A stretch of 64,000 nucleotides of DNA from positions 62,001 to 126,000 of IMG/VR virus record IMGVR_UViG_3300028840_008185, one strand, 5' to 3'. The notes under the pieces are model-generated. The model was not told the origin of the DNA. It was given only the letters and a program-made list of their open reading frames with translations, and searched no databases. Positions within the stretch are counted from its first letter, which is position 1. Each line of letters starts with the position of its first letter. The translations under genes and the position numbers were made by a program. Below, piece by piece: positions 26,936 to 37,127 of this stretch.

Positions 26936-29113
26936 TCACTTATCCTCCAATTCATCCATCCAATCGGTAATGTCTGCGAAGCACCCGTGCATTGGGTTCT
27001 CTGCACTAACTTGCCTCCGCAATTCTGCCCAACGGTTCCGCAACTTGGCGTTGTCCGCGATTTGCCCACGCAGAATATCGCCTTGCTCGTCAAGCTCCGT
27101 CTCCAACTTTTCAACCCGATCTTGGAGACTATCGCGCAGGGCACAGTCTTTACAAATGTGCTGTTCGCAAGTTTCACAAAGATCCACATCCACAAGAGGC
27201 GAGCGCTCATCTTTTTTCCAGGATACTCCCATCACTCATCTTCCTTGCGCAGGGGGATTACCTGGTATGCCTCTAAGGTGAATCTAATTGCGGATTCGGT
27301 ATTGTCCCGCAATTCCTCTTCTCCGCGACGACGGCCAACACCATTCCAAGAGGCGTTCATCATTGCGTCTTGCACCAGATCCGCAATCAAATGTTCGGCT
27401 TCAGAAGCGTTTATCTTATCCTCTTGTAGCGATTCAACCAATTGTTCCAACTCTTTCACGCGGGCACGGAGAGCAGCATTTTTTTCGGTCAGCATATCAT
27501 ATGAGACTGGCATCACTCACGCCCCCATGTCCGCCCAGTTTCAGGCCACCTCACCAACGTCTTCTCTACAACACCCTGATATTTATGTGCATCCAATAGT
27601 CCAGCCCTATACAAATCATCTACGATTTGTCGGGCGAGAAAGTCAGATATATTCTCCCAATCATCAAACGTGATTTTGTTTTTATCATCAGTCATTTATA
27701 ACCTGCCGTTCCACAACTTCATCAAAGCGGTAAGGGCCACTCTCCATAGCTTCCCTAAGTTTGTCTAACAGATACAGTGGCAGCGTGGCTTCAACTGTCT
27801 GACCAGAAACCGACATAGATGCCCAATTCACGCGGCAATGAAACGTTTCAAGAATCTCCCCAATTTTTTAAACTTCCTTATCAGGTTCTCCCTGCGCTCC
27901 CTACGATCAACGCCGGTTATTCCAAACTTATACTGGATGGTTATTTTCTGTTCTCCACTTGCAACAAAATCTGGGTCGAGAGGCTTATAGGTTCCAGCCG
28001 TGGTGTGAAGGTTCAGATCATTATCTACAGTTAAAGCAATCCGGATCATCTTAATTGGCCAACCAACAATCATGAACGGGCTGGGATTATTAAGGGCCAT
28101 GGAAGCAAGCCACAATATAATACCAATGCCCAAGTATATCGCAAGGCAAATGCCTATGATTATTCCTACAAACAAAGTCATCAGTATCCCCAATCCTCTC
28201 GTTCTTTCAGCGTTTCTTTAATCTGCCTTCGCATAGCGGTGGTGAGTTTCCAGTAAAACTCATAGTTCTCACCTTGGCCACCCTTACCAGACTGAGGAAA
28301 CCAAGACTTCCGCATAAGGCTCAAAGCCCTAGCAACCAGATCCAAATCGCAAGCGTCTGTCACTAGCTCATCTACTTCTTTGCCGCTGGTTTTGCCTTGA
28401 GCAGCAAGGCTCTTGATGTATTCCCTGTATGGCTTCCAGGCATCATATATAGGGGCACCAGCAAAACCCCTATCGTTGAAGACTACAGCAAACTGATTAT
28501 CATATCTGCTTGATTTCTCACACCTATCATTCCGCGAGTTAAATAGCATATGATCTTTCAGCTCATCGCTCAACATATCTTCCCCATAAATTTCTTTCAG
28601 TCTCTCCGCTTCTTCAACAAGAAACTTCATGAAATATCTGGCATCTTGGCGCATATGTTTTCTTGGATAAGTCTCACAATATCTTTCGTATGATGTTCTA
28701 ACACCCTTGAGAGATAGGGCTATATCTTCCAAAACCATAAATAAGCCGACGGGGAACTTTTCTATGTATCTTCTTTCTTCCTTATCTTCAACATAGAAAG
28801 TATAACTATCTCTCTCAACCTGGTCATTTAGTAAAGTTTCGATGTCTGGAAACTTATCTCCCTCTGTGTCTCGGAAAATATCCAGAATCAACTCCGTGTT
28901 ATAGTTCTCCTCAATGCTCTCTATTCCGCCGTAATCGTTATACTTCCCGCGAATAGGAAGCGTCATAGGAAAACCCAAGTCTGTTGAGTAGCAGTGACCA
29001 CTTGAACTGGGGTTGTCTCTATAACCGGCAACACCAATAAGAAACGCCCAAATCCTTTGGCCTGCTAAGATTGGCATTTGGCTAATGCCGCAGGTTCCAT
29101 TCCAACAGCCCAT
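26936..29113 (-). CDS. Hypothetical proteins (26936-27235, 27232-27516, 27513-27695, 27828-28193, 28181-29113)
   Basis: Coupled minus-strand ORFs; no recognisable family. Confidence 0.5.
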
Positions 29114-29664
29114 TAGTCCTCCCTCTTCATTGACCGCACGCGGAAGGGCGCACAGACACCAGCACTGAAATATGCAGCAATTTCCAGCGACTTCTTGATT
29201 CGAGTCTCTGGCTTTAGTTTCGCAAGTGCGGACATAGCACCCAGGGCAAACTGGCTTCCGCAACCCACAGCATCAAAACCATCAGACATTTCTGACACTT
29301 GGAAGTCGCCATGCATGGTATAGATCTTGCCCTTGTAGGCAACTATAAAAGTGCCGCCCGTTTCGTTGTTGCTTGCGATGGTAGAAAACCCCTTTTCCTT
29401 AAGCAGCTCTCTTACCTTCTCCGCAAACTGAACCACCATATATTCTTGGTCGCTCTGTTTAGGATTCTGTGCAGGAACTTCAAGCCAGTGTTCAAGTAGC
29501 TGACCCATACGAAAACTGGTAGTGTATCCAATAATAAAGGGGCCGCGCTTAAAAACTTTAGGCACGTTGGTAGGTCTGGTGATTAATTTATCCACATTCA
29601 CCGACGCAGAATCGGCACCAACATAAACACGGTCTTTACCCACCAAGCCAATAATACAGGTCAT
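29113..29664 (-). CDS. N-terminal Thr (Ntn) hydrolase, proteasome-beta/HslV-like
   Basis: M-T-CIIG start behind GGAG; GADS; PKVFK; AVGCGSQFALGAM. Confidence 0.75.
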   Translation of the reverse strand: MTCIIGLVGKDRVYVGADSASVNVDKLITRPTNVPKVFKRGPFIIGYTTSFRMGQLLEHWLEVPAQNPKQSDQEYMVVQFAEKVRELLKEKGFSTIASNNETGGTFIVAYKGKIYTMHGDFQVSEMSDGFDAVGCGSQFALGAMSALAKLKPETRIKKSLEIAAYFSAGVCAPFRVRSMKRED

Positions 29665-29665
29665 T

Positions 29666-29947
29666 CTATTCTCCAATCAAATATGTTTCGATGTATTCTT
29701 TCACCTCGTTTGGAGCTATACCGGGGCCGCTCCACTCGCCAGTTTCTCTATCTTGTTTCAAGTCCAAACCTGGATAGAGATCATGATAAGATATTCTATG
29801 AACTTTCCTATCTGGGGATCTCACAAGAACACCTGGATTGCTGCCACTTCTCACCACAACCCATTGCCACTCTTGGCCATCCACATGAACTTTTCTCTCA
29901 TTTTTCCACGCCATCATCCACCTCGTCCACCTCGTCCCATTCGACAT
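29666..29947 (-). CDS. Hypothetical protein
   Basis: 93 aa ORF. Confidence 0.5.
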   Translation of the reverse strand: MSNGTRWTRWMMAWKNERKVHVDGQEWQWVVVRSGSNPGVLVRSPDRKVHRISYHDLYPGLDLKQDRETGEWSGPGIAPNEVKEYIETYLIGE

Positions 29948-30070
29948 TCACATCAAAGCCTAGGTCGGAAAACAACTTTCTAAGCACCGAGATGCGATAT
30001 TCAAAACTAGAGTGTTCTTCTACTTCCATGCGCTTGATAAGAGCAAAAAATACTAACCTATCTTTTTGTT

Positions 30071-30622
30071 TCACGGCATCTCCTTGAGACTCTCCACGAG
30101 CTTTCGTGATTCCAGATATTCCAAAACCGCCTTCGGAACCATGTGGGAAACATCTTTTCCTTGTTTAAGGAGCCAGCGTATATAAGAAGAACGAATCTGC
30201 AACACTGGATTGCTGGCGTATAGCTGGGCAGGAACCCACATAATATCCGCCAACTCTCTAATTTCATCACTCTTATACCACTTTTTATCAAACTCAAAGA
30301 ACAGGTCATCACCCAAGATAAGAGTATAGCGAGCTTCCGGATAGTCTGCAATTAAGTATTTCAACAAGTCGTAAGTTCTTCCAGTGTTTATTTCCTTTTC
30401 ATAATCTACAGCCATGACATTATGAGGGAAAAGCTTCCTAACCATGATGTTGCACATATATAACCGATTATAAAAAGACAGCATCTTATCTTTGAACGGA
30501 TGCTTATAGCAGGGAGCAACCAAAATCTCATCGAAATCTTCCCTGGCCAGAGCATATTGAATCATTGCAGCATGGCCTATGTGGGGCGGATTGAAGCTTC
30601 CTCCTACAATTCCTATTCTCAT
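30071..30622 (-). CDS. nadD: Nicotinate-nucleotide adenylyltransferase
   Basis: GGSFNPPHIGH, ILGDD, IRSSYIR. Confidence 0.9.
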   Translation of the reverse strand: MRIGIVGGSFNPPHIGHAAMIQYALAREDFDEILVAPCYKHPFKDKMLSFYNRLYMCNIMVRKLFPHNVMAVDYEKEINTGRTYDLLKYLIADYPEARYTLILGDDLFFEFDKKWYKSDEIRELADIMWVPAQLYASNPVLQIRSSYIRWLLKQGKDVSHMVPKAVLEYLESRKLVESLKEMP

Positions 30623-30632
30623 TTTAATCTCC

Positions 30633-31115
30633 CTAGTGTGGAACCGGTCTATCACACTCTATAACTATGACCTTGAAACCTTCGTATTCGCTGGGCAAGT
30701 CGGACTTTGAGCCATCTATTAAGTAAGCTTCGATGACTTCCTCACCATCTTCAAGCCCTATACCACAGCCCCACATATTACCATCGGTGTGGTTCATACT
30801 AAAAGAATCCACAGCTCTTTCTATTGGGCTCGGCTCTTCCAGAGCCCTTTCCCAGCCATATACCAATGGCGGATCCACACGCACTTCCTCATAGAGAACA
30901 ACCTCACCCTTTTTAACTGCTTCAATTTGACTTTGGAGCCAACCTATCGCACTTTCAGCAGCATTCACGAAAAGTATTGAGGCAGCGGTTTTTCCCATTT
31001 GCCATGCCATTCCTGGAGGGGGCAAAGCCCCAAAACCAAATTCTCTTTTTGGCGTGTCTTCTGGCAGTGGACAAGGGCTGGGAGGAACAGAATCCTCAAA
31101 GTCTCTCTTACCCAC
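30633..31115 (-). CDS. Hypothetical protein
   Basis: 160 aa, coupled to vWA gene. Confidence 0.5.
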   Translation of the reverse strand: MGKRDFEDSVPPSPCPLPEDTPKREFGFGALPPPGMAWQMGKTAASILFVNAAESAIGWLQSQIEAVKKGEVVLYEEVRVDPPLVYGWERALEEPSPIERAVDSFSMNHTDGNMWGCGIGLEDGEEVIEAYLIDGSKSDLPSEYEGFKVIVIECDRPVPH

Positions 31116-31899
31116 CGAAACCTCCCATTGCCGTCTTGCTAAAGTTCATGCTGCTTTGGCTGGCCTGAACTGCACTCTTGCTGAACAACTGGAAAGCCCT
31201 GCGAATTTCAGTTGGGGTGTTCTGTGGCGTGAGAATCCACTCGTCCCTGAGCCCCATCTCTTTGAAAACCTCACGAAAGCTTGTAGCACCACCATCATCA
31301 AAACCCATGGCCGCAACGATATGATTTTCTTGGCCAAGCATATCAGCCACAATGTTCTTTACAGCCGCAGCATCATGGCGACTGGAGTGTAGGTCACGTC
31401 CATCAGTCATAACAAGAGAAATCGTTCTCACAGGAACTCCGTTGTCCGCAAACTCGAAAGTCTTGGCGAGAACAGTGCCCAGAAAAGAAACTGTTTCATC
31501 ATAAAGGGGCGTGCCCTGATTGGGGTCGTAATTGCTTCTATCCATTTCAACGGCTTGATCAAGCGAACAATACGGATAAAGAACCCCGCCGTTCAAGTAT
31601 CGAGTATGGGCCAAGATATTATCCTGCTGCTTGGAATCCGTCAAAGCACGAATCAACTCATTGTGGCCATCACGAATCGGCTGGGCATTCCCAGAGAATC
31701 GAATAGAACCAGAATCATCAACCATTACGGAAACAAGCACAACCTCACTTGCCTCGACATCATCAACATCCACACCCAAGCCAGCCTGAATCTGCTGACC
31801 AATATCATGAACCATTAGAGCCTGGGAAGACTCAGGAGAAAGAAGCCCTTCATCCTGAGCATCTTCAAAAAGCTCATTAATATTCTTGCTTTCACTCAT
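31108..31899 (-). CDS. vWA domain protein (TerY-like)
   Basis: MIDAS DDSGS, GTPLYD, MTDGRD. Confidence 0.8.
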   Translation of the reverse strand: MSESKNINELFEDAQDEGLLSPESSQALMVHDIGQQIQAGLGVDVDDVEASEVVLVSVMVDDSGSIRFSGNAQPIRDGHNELIRALTDSKQQDNILAHTRYLNGGVLYPYCSLDQAVEMDRSNYDPNQGTPLYDETVSFLGTVLAKTFEFADNGVPVRTISLVMTDGRDLHSSRHDAAAVKNIVADMLGQENHIVAAMGFDDGGATSFREVFKEMGLRDEWILTPQNTPTEIRRAFQLFSKSAVQASQSSMNFSKTAMGGFGG

Positions 31900-32437
31900 T
31901 TGATTCCTCCAAATCATAAACATACACATCGCACGCTGTAAGCAAAGCTCCGATAAGCTCACTTACAATTCCCCAATCTCCGCCGCCCAAACCGCAACCA
32001 ATTCGCGGCATATGGATTGAAAGGTGAGTGTTAGTGGGCGGCAGAACCATACGACTCTTTAGATGACAATAGTGACCAATCCAGTTGTTCAAATCAGCCA
32101 GACATGCACAAAGCATATCATACCTAACGGCAACTGGATGGTCTGGAGCAGTGTATCCCTCTTGTGCGATCATGTTGCACACATAGAGCGGACCTTCCTT
32201 TTTAGGATCTTTCACCTGGACGAGTTGTATTTGCCCCAGCGGCAGCGTTTTGTTTGTGTCGTCCGTAGCCCACTTGAACCACTCTCTATACTTTCTCTCT
32301 GGTTCAGGCCACTTGTTAGACAGGGCAACAACAAAACCGCTCCCCCAACCTCCAAGATCATTACAAATATGAGCGATGATTCTCGCTCCCTTATTAACCT
32401 GGGGCTCTGTGGCATCGCCAGTTAGGTAGTGTATCAT
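31892..32437 (-). CDS. Macrodomain ADP-ribose hydrolase (TARG1/DarG/Poa1-like)
   Basis: GDAT, IAHICNDLGGWGSGF, MPRIGCGLGGGDW. Confidence 0.9.
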   Translation of the reverse strand: MIHYLTGDATEPQVNKGARIIAHICNDLGGWGSGFVVALSNKWPEPERKYREWFKWATDDTNKTLPLGQIQLVQVKDPKKEGPLYVCNMIAQEGYTAPDHPVAVRYDMLCACLADLNNWIGHYCHLKSRMVLPPTNTHLSIHMPRIGCGLGGGDWGIVSELIGALLTACDVYVYDLEESNE

Positions 32438-33459
32438 AGGGTAATCCCATCCCAGGTGGTAATTGGGTCAGTAGATTTAACAACATGCATCCCAGCCTTC
32501 TGGAACCTCTCGAAAGCCTCGTTAGCCTGGTCGGTGAAATCGATGCCAGGAATCACAACCGGAGAGGTGCAATCCTCCAGAAGATAAACCTTCTTGACCA
32601 GCTTGGGATCCTTGGTGTTAATCTCATTGAGCAGATCGTCAATCGTCCAAGCAACACAGTGAGACTTAGCCTGGCCAGCAATCACAACCGCATCAAAGTT
32701 GAGCAGCTTCTCGATAAAAGCAGTGTTCTTCTGGGCAATAGCAACGCCCTTTGCGGTGGTAAGAACTTCTGGACGAAGCACCGAATAGTTCTCAGTCAAG
32801 GGATTTCCACCCTTAATCTGGAAGTCGGTCTGGCTTCCACGAGCGATGTCATGGAAAAAGATGGCTTCTTCAAGAAGGGGAACAAGCGCATGGCCAACTC
32901 CACCAAGCATCGCGTGGTGTGGCCAGATAAGCAAAGCATACTTGCCCTCGTCAGCGAGAGTCTGTGTGTAGTGAAGGGCATACTTATGAAGCCCGGTGTA
33001 GCTGGCGTTAAGAACGCTGGCCATAACCGGATTCACCTTCCACACGCCCTTCTTAACATCGTCCGCAGAAATCATAGTGACACCGGGAGGAGGATGCTCA
33101 CCCTCATCATTGACCCAGAAATCCTGGTGGAAAATCTGCTTGCTCAAGTGAGTGTCCATCGTGGGAGAAATATTGGTAATTACATCCATATTCCTATAGA
33201 TAAACTCACAAAGCCGCACGATGTCTTTGTCCGCATCTACCACAGAAAGCTCCCCATCGGGATACGGCATACAGAAAGTATTCTGGCAGTCAATAGCAAT
33301 CAAGCAGACGCGAAGCTTATCTTTGGCCGCAGGCTGGAGGTCATGTCGCTTGGCCCACTCCTTTGCCCTGGTGAAAATATCCTCATACTTAACATGGAAA
33401 AGCTCATTAACTTTGCTCGCATCAAAGTGCGAGGGAACCGGAAGATCCAATTTACTCAT
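32434..33459 (-). CDS. pncA: Nicotinamidase (isochorismatase fold)
   Basis: IDCQNTF (Asp), MDTH, WPHH, KGGNPLTENYS (Lys), GQAKSHCV (Cys). Confidence 0.8.
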   Translation of the reverse strand: MSKLDLPVPSHFDASKVNELFHVKYEDIFTRAKEWAKRHDLQPAAKDKLRVCLIAIDCQNTFCMPYPDGELSVVDADKDIVRLCEFIYRNMDVITNISPTMDTHLSKQIFHQDFWVNDEGEHPPPGVTMISADDVKKGVWKVNPVMASVLNASYTGLHKYALHYTQTLADEGKYALLIWPHHAMLGGVGHALVPLLEEAIFFHDIARGSQTDFQIKGGNPLTENYSVLRPEVLTTAKGVAIAQKNTAFIEKLLNFDAVVIAGQAKSHCVAWTIDDLLNEINTKDPKLVKKVYLLEDCTSPVVIPGIDFTDQANEAFERFQKAGMHVVKSTDPITTWDGITL

Positions 33460-33470
33460 TTGTTTTCTCC

Positions 33471-35327
33471 TTATGAAATCGTAAGCAGCCTAATCTCGTG
33501 TTTGGACACAACATATAGGCCATTTTTGGAAACTAGAAGGTGGCAGCCTGAATCAACAAACGGCTCAGTATCAGGAAACTCTTTAGCAACATCCAGCATC
33601 CCGCCGCCTGGTTCAACTCTAACAATGCCGTCATCTGTGGCGGCAAACAAGAAGTTCCCAGCGGCAGCCTTACCACGAATCCTACCCAGCCAAGTTCCAT
33701 CGCCTTCTATACCTATTGCCGAATCTCCAACTCTACCGTCGGATTTGATAATAACACACCTGTTAATCGTTTGGCCTTTCTCCCTTGTTGAATAGAAAAA
33801 CCATGCCCAGTCACCAGCAAAATAGCAGGTGGCATCAATCAACTGCCCTGGAATTATAGGCATCTTCACCGTATCGTTGATTCCTCCTTTATCGGCGTTG
33901 AATAGAAAACCAACATTAATATTACCCGCTCGGTAAAAACCGAAACCAAACTTGGGGCCAACCCAAAAGAGTGTTTGTCCTCTAAGCACATCTCCTATGT
34001 ATTTTGGCCCAACCCTTTCATCTCTAAACAATTGACCATCATAAGACCAATATTTATGATTCCCATTTGAATCAAAAAGCGTAAGCATATTGAGGCTATC
34101 CACAGCAACCTTGCTTGGCTGGCCGCCGGGAACTATGGAAACAAACTGACCATTACTACCAATCAACGTTTCCTTGCCCTTGATTCTAAATCTCATCGTG
34201 GGGCTCAACGAGCCCTTTACCACTTCTACTTCATTTTCCCTAATGAATCTATTATCTTTGTGATACAAATATCTCAGCTTATCATTTTGAACGGTGGAGT
34301 AGATGATGAGGCCAGGCGTCTGAAACACACGAACGCACTTGATATTGCCCCTGATTGTTTCCACAACTGCCATGGGAGAATAAGTTGCACAGCCAGGACA
34401 CACACGCTTCGCGTGAATTGTCCCGCATTTAATACAAGTTGTCCATCTTATATCCAGTAGGTTCTCTGGATACTCGCCTCTCTTGTCCTCTTGAAATAGC
34501 AGATGAAAGTGCTGAAGCATATCATCTGGTAGGACATCATAATGAGTCGCGGGCTTAGGATACTTAACCTCTGAATTAAATACCGTGATTCTCTTCAGCG
34601 GTCTCTCGCCCTGCTTAACTCTCTTTGATTTGTCTTTTGGCTTGTAGATTCCACCATACGGGCCAACATAAAGTAAGCTCTGCATGAGCATAATGGCGTA
34701 AGCATACCAATCAGATCCCTCGTTGTGGCTCCTGGTTAGAATTGGCCTGGTTTCATTTGGGTCGCAAAGTAGCGGATCCACAAATCTTTCTGTGAAAAGA
34801 TGACAGAGAAAGCCTCCATACTGGAAACTATCCGCATCAATTATGTGAGCTTCATCGCCCTTTATCATTATGTTAAGGTCATTGAAGTCCCCTATGATTG
34901 CTCCAGCCCTATGGATCCCTTTAACCGTGGCGTGAAGATCCTTGAAGACTTCAATAACATCTTCGTTGCTCACGCCCGCTTGTCTGTATGAGCGATCAGA
35001 ATACTTCAGGAGAACTTCGCAGCCTTTAAGAAAGGGCATCACATAGCCAACTACTTCTTTGCCGTTTTTGTTGGTGAGTATGCCATGGGGAGCTACGACC
35101 CTGCCCGGCAGATTCTTGGGAAACGCGGGAAGCTTCGTTTGGTGCTCGGCTATTCTTATCTTGGCCGCTTGTTGTTCATGGGGGAAGCCTCGGAAATCTG
35201 GGTGGTTGGGCTGTTTGAAAACCTTGAAGGCCATGTTGCCCTTGGCGAAAATATCTGCCTCGCCACCCTTGCCGATTGAATCGGCGGGATTAAGACGATA
35301 CTGCTTGCCGTTCAGATATACTATCAT
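33471..35327 (-). CDS. Ser/Thr kinase with Zn ribbon and beta-rich C-terminus (TerY-K-like)
   Basis: IGKGGEADIF, AFKVFK, GDFNDLNI, IDADS; CIKC...CPGC. Confidence 0.8.
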   Translation of the reverse strand: MIVYLNGKQYRLNPADSIGKGGEADIFAKGNMAFKVFKQPNHPDFRGFPHEQQAAKIRIAEHQTKLPAFPKNLPGRVVAPHGILTNKNGKEVVGYVMPFLKGCEVLLKYSDRSYRQAGVSNEDVIEVFKDLHATVKGIHRAGAIIGDFNDLNIMIKGDEAHIIDADSFQYGGFLCHLFTERFVDPLLCDPNETRPILTRSHNEGSDWYAYAIMLMQSLLYVGPYGGIYKPKDKSKRVKQGERPLKRITVFNSEVKYPKPATHYDVLPDDMLQHFHLLFQEDKRGEYPENLLDIRWTTCIKCGTIHAKRVCPGCATYSPMAVVETIRGNIKCVRVFQTPGLIIYSTVQNDKLRYLYHKDNRFIRENEVEVVKGSLSPTMRFRIKGKETLIGSNGQFVSIVPGGQPSKVAVDSLNMLTLFDSNGNHKYWSYDGQLFRDERVGPKYIGDVLRGQTLFWVGPKFGFGFYRAGNINVGFLFNADKGGINDTVKMPIIPGQLIDATCYFAGDWAWFFYSTREKGQTINRCVIIKSDGRVGDSAIGIEGDGTWLGRIRGKAAAGNFLFAATDDGIVRVEPGGGMLDVAKEFPDTEPFVDSGCHLLVSKNGLYVVSKHEIRLLTIS

Positions 35328-35985
35328 GCAACCCTTCCTTGAGACAAGGTAAGAAACAGAGTCTTAAACATAAGATTCTGGCCCAAATCAGACCTATTTC
35401 TGGCAAAATTAACACCCATCCAGAATATTGCCGGGGATACAGCCCCGACATGAGGAGCAATGGACACTCGTAAGTCTGAAGTATAAACCAGTTTAATCAC
35501 TTTAGCCATTTTCTCAAACCCCAAGACACCAGACCTAGCAAAGTGTCGTCCTCATCGTCAAAGGTCCAAAGCTCATTTAGGTTGTTGAAAAACAAACCAG
35601 TGAGGAGACGCCAAAAGTTAAGGGTCCTTTTTGACGCAGAACGAATTGGCTCAATCATTTCCCCACCTGCTTAATCCCCATCCACCTAATGTCCCCATAA
35701 GTAGTTTGTGTCCAGCAAGAACTATGCTTGGTCTAATATAGTTCAACAGGAAGTTGCCCATATTATATGTGGCGGCACTCACTTGTTTCTCACTTAGCCA
35801 TTTTCGCCTGTGATCGGCCCAAATTGGAATTATCACCATGAGTAGCCCCAACAAAAATCTCTTGGACGAAGCGCATGCACAAATAAATCACCAAGATGGT
35901 ATAGGGGATGCGACTCAAACTGAAATGCAAACTGAACCCAGAGTTTATGGCGATGCCGGTGGTTATTACTATTATCTATTTTCAT
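35324..35985 (-). CDS. Four microproteins between kinase and PP2C (35324-35524, 35497-35658, 35651-35854, 35833-35985)
   Basis: Two found by hand: MIEPIRS (53 aa) and MKIDNS...KLWVQFAFQFE (50 aa). Confidence 0.5.
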
Positions 35986-36805
35986 CTTTCCGTCTTATAG
36001 CAACCACGGTTGTATCATCCTTCAGGTGTCCATGCTGACGAGTAGCCACGCCATCAACTACCTTCACCACTTCTTTATTTATCCTGACCAGGCGCCTTTG
36101 TAAAGCCATTTTGTTGGTGAAGTATTTGTCCTTTGTCCAGAACTGGCTAAGTGGCCCAACCAACTCATCTTTGCCTGGGATACTCTTATTCTCGGCAGCC
36201 TGAAAGTCATCAAGCCCATCTGTCCCAATCACTAAGCTCTGGAAATTTTCAGCAAGGATTATCTCATTAACTTGAAACTTGGGGTTCCTAAACCGTTCAT
36301 CAACCGCCTGCGGAACAATACCGTATGAGGAATAGGGTGGGGCATTATTGGGAAAGGGGCCAATAGTTTTGACCTCTCCGTTTAGGGCATACACACCATC
36401 ACCAATGGACGCAATAGCAACCCAATACTTAGTAATGATGGCCACCATACAGGTGAATAGGAAATAGTCTTTAACAACCCCGACCAATTTCTCCTCAACT
36501 TTTCCTGTCCCCCAGATCATTTTCACGGCCAAGTCGGTGATATTGACGTTCAATTCCACGAGCCCCGTCACTTCCGTTTTGTCGAGGTCTCCAATATCCG
36601 CAATAAGTCTAAGCTGGTGGGGCAACATATATGCTGCAATCTTAGCTCCCACTTCGCTGTGAGCACCGCTTCCACAACCATCACAAACTACAGCAACTAT
36701 ACTGTCTGGTCTATGGACAACATTGTAGGCGTCGTGGTTATTCTTGTTGAGCCGCAAGTGGTCTTTGCCGATCACAGAACCGGCAGCAATCTCAAACCCC
36801 TTCAT
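35972..36805 (-). CDS. PP2C-like phosphatase (TerY-P-like)
   Basis: GKDH...NHDA, VCDGCGS, IGDG, GTDG, DDTT. Confidence 0.85.
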   Translation of the reverse strand: MKGFEIAAGSVIGKDHLRLNKNNHDAYNVVHRPDSIVAVVCDGCGSGAHSEVGAKIAAYMLPHQLRLIADIGDLDKTEVTGLVELNVNITDLAVKMIWGTGKVEEKLVGVVKDYFLFTCMVAIITKYWVAIASIGDGVYALNGEVKTIGPFPNNAPPYSSYGIVPQAVDERFRNPKFQVNEIILAENFQSLVIGTDGLDDFQAAENKSIPGKDELVGPLSQFWTKDKYFTNKMALQRRLVRINKEVVKVVDGVATRQHGHLKDDTTVVAIRRKDENR

Positions 36806-37115
36806 CTTCAGCCTGTTCCTTTAGCTGGCCTCGCAACTTCTCATTTTCTTTAACCAACACTTCGGTGCCCGCTTGTAAGGCTGCAAACATCTCCCTAACC
36901 TTAGCTGTAGAGGCTAAGGTAAGTTCGTTAAGAAAAAACAGAATGCCACCAAACACCCAGCCAATTCCCGCACCGAAGTCACTCATAGTGCCTCTAAACC
37001 CATTTGCCGCATTAACAACTACCAGTGCTGCTACAACTACCATAATAACAAGACGCATGGTGTTGCCTTTATAAAAATCTCTGAGAATATCAAAAATAAT
37101 CTTTAATTTTTCCAT
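36792..37115 (-). CDS. 2-TM protein with coiled-coil tail
   Basis: Hydrophobic helices. Confidence 0.55.
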   Translation of the reverse strand: MEKLKIIFDILRDFYKGNTMRLVIMVVVAALVVVNAANGFRGTMSDFGAGIGWVFGGILFFLNELTLASTAKVREMFAALQAGTEVLVKENEKLRGQLKEQAEDEGV

Positions 37116-37127
37116 AGGTGCCTTCTC

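Noticed and set aside
32485-33795. 436-aa plus-strand ORF (and other plus-strand ORFs such as 26987-27673)
   Set aside because: Antisense shadows of well-supported minus-strand genes; no motifs or RBS; the whole window is co-oriented on the minus strand.
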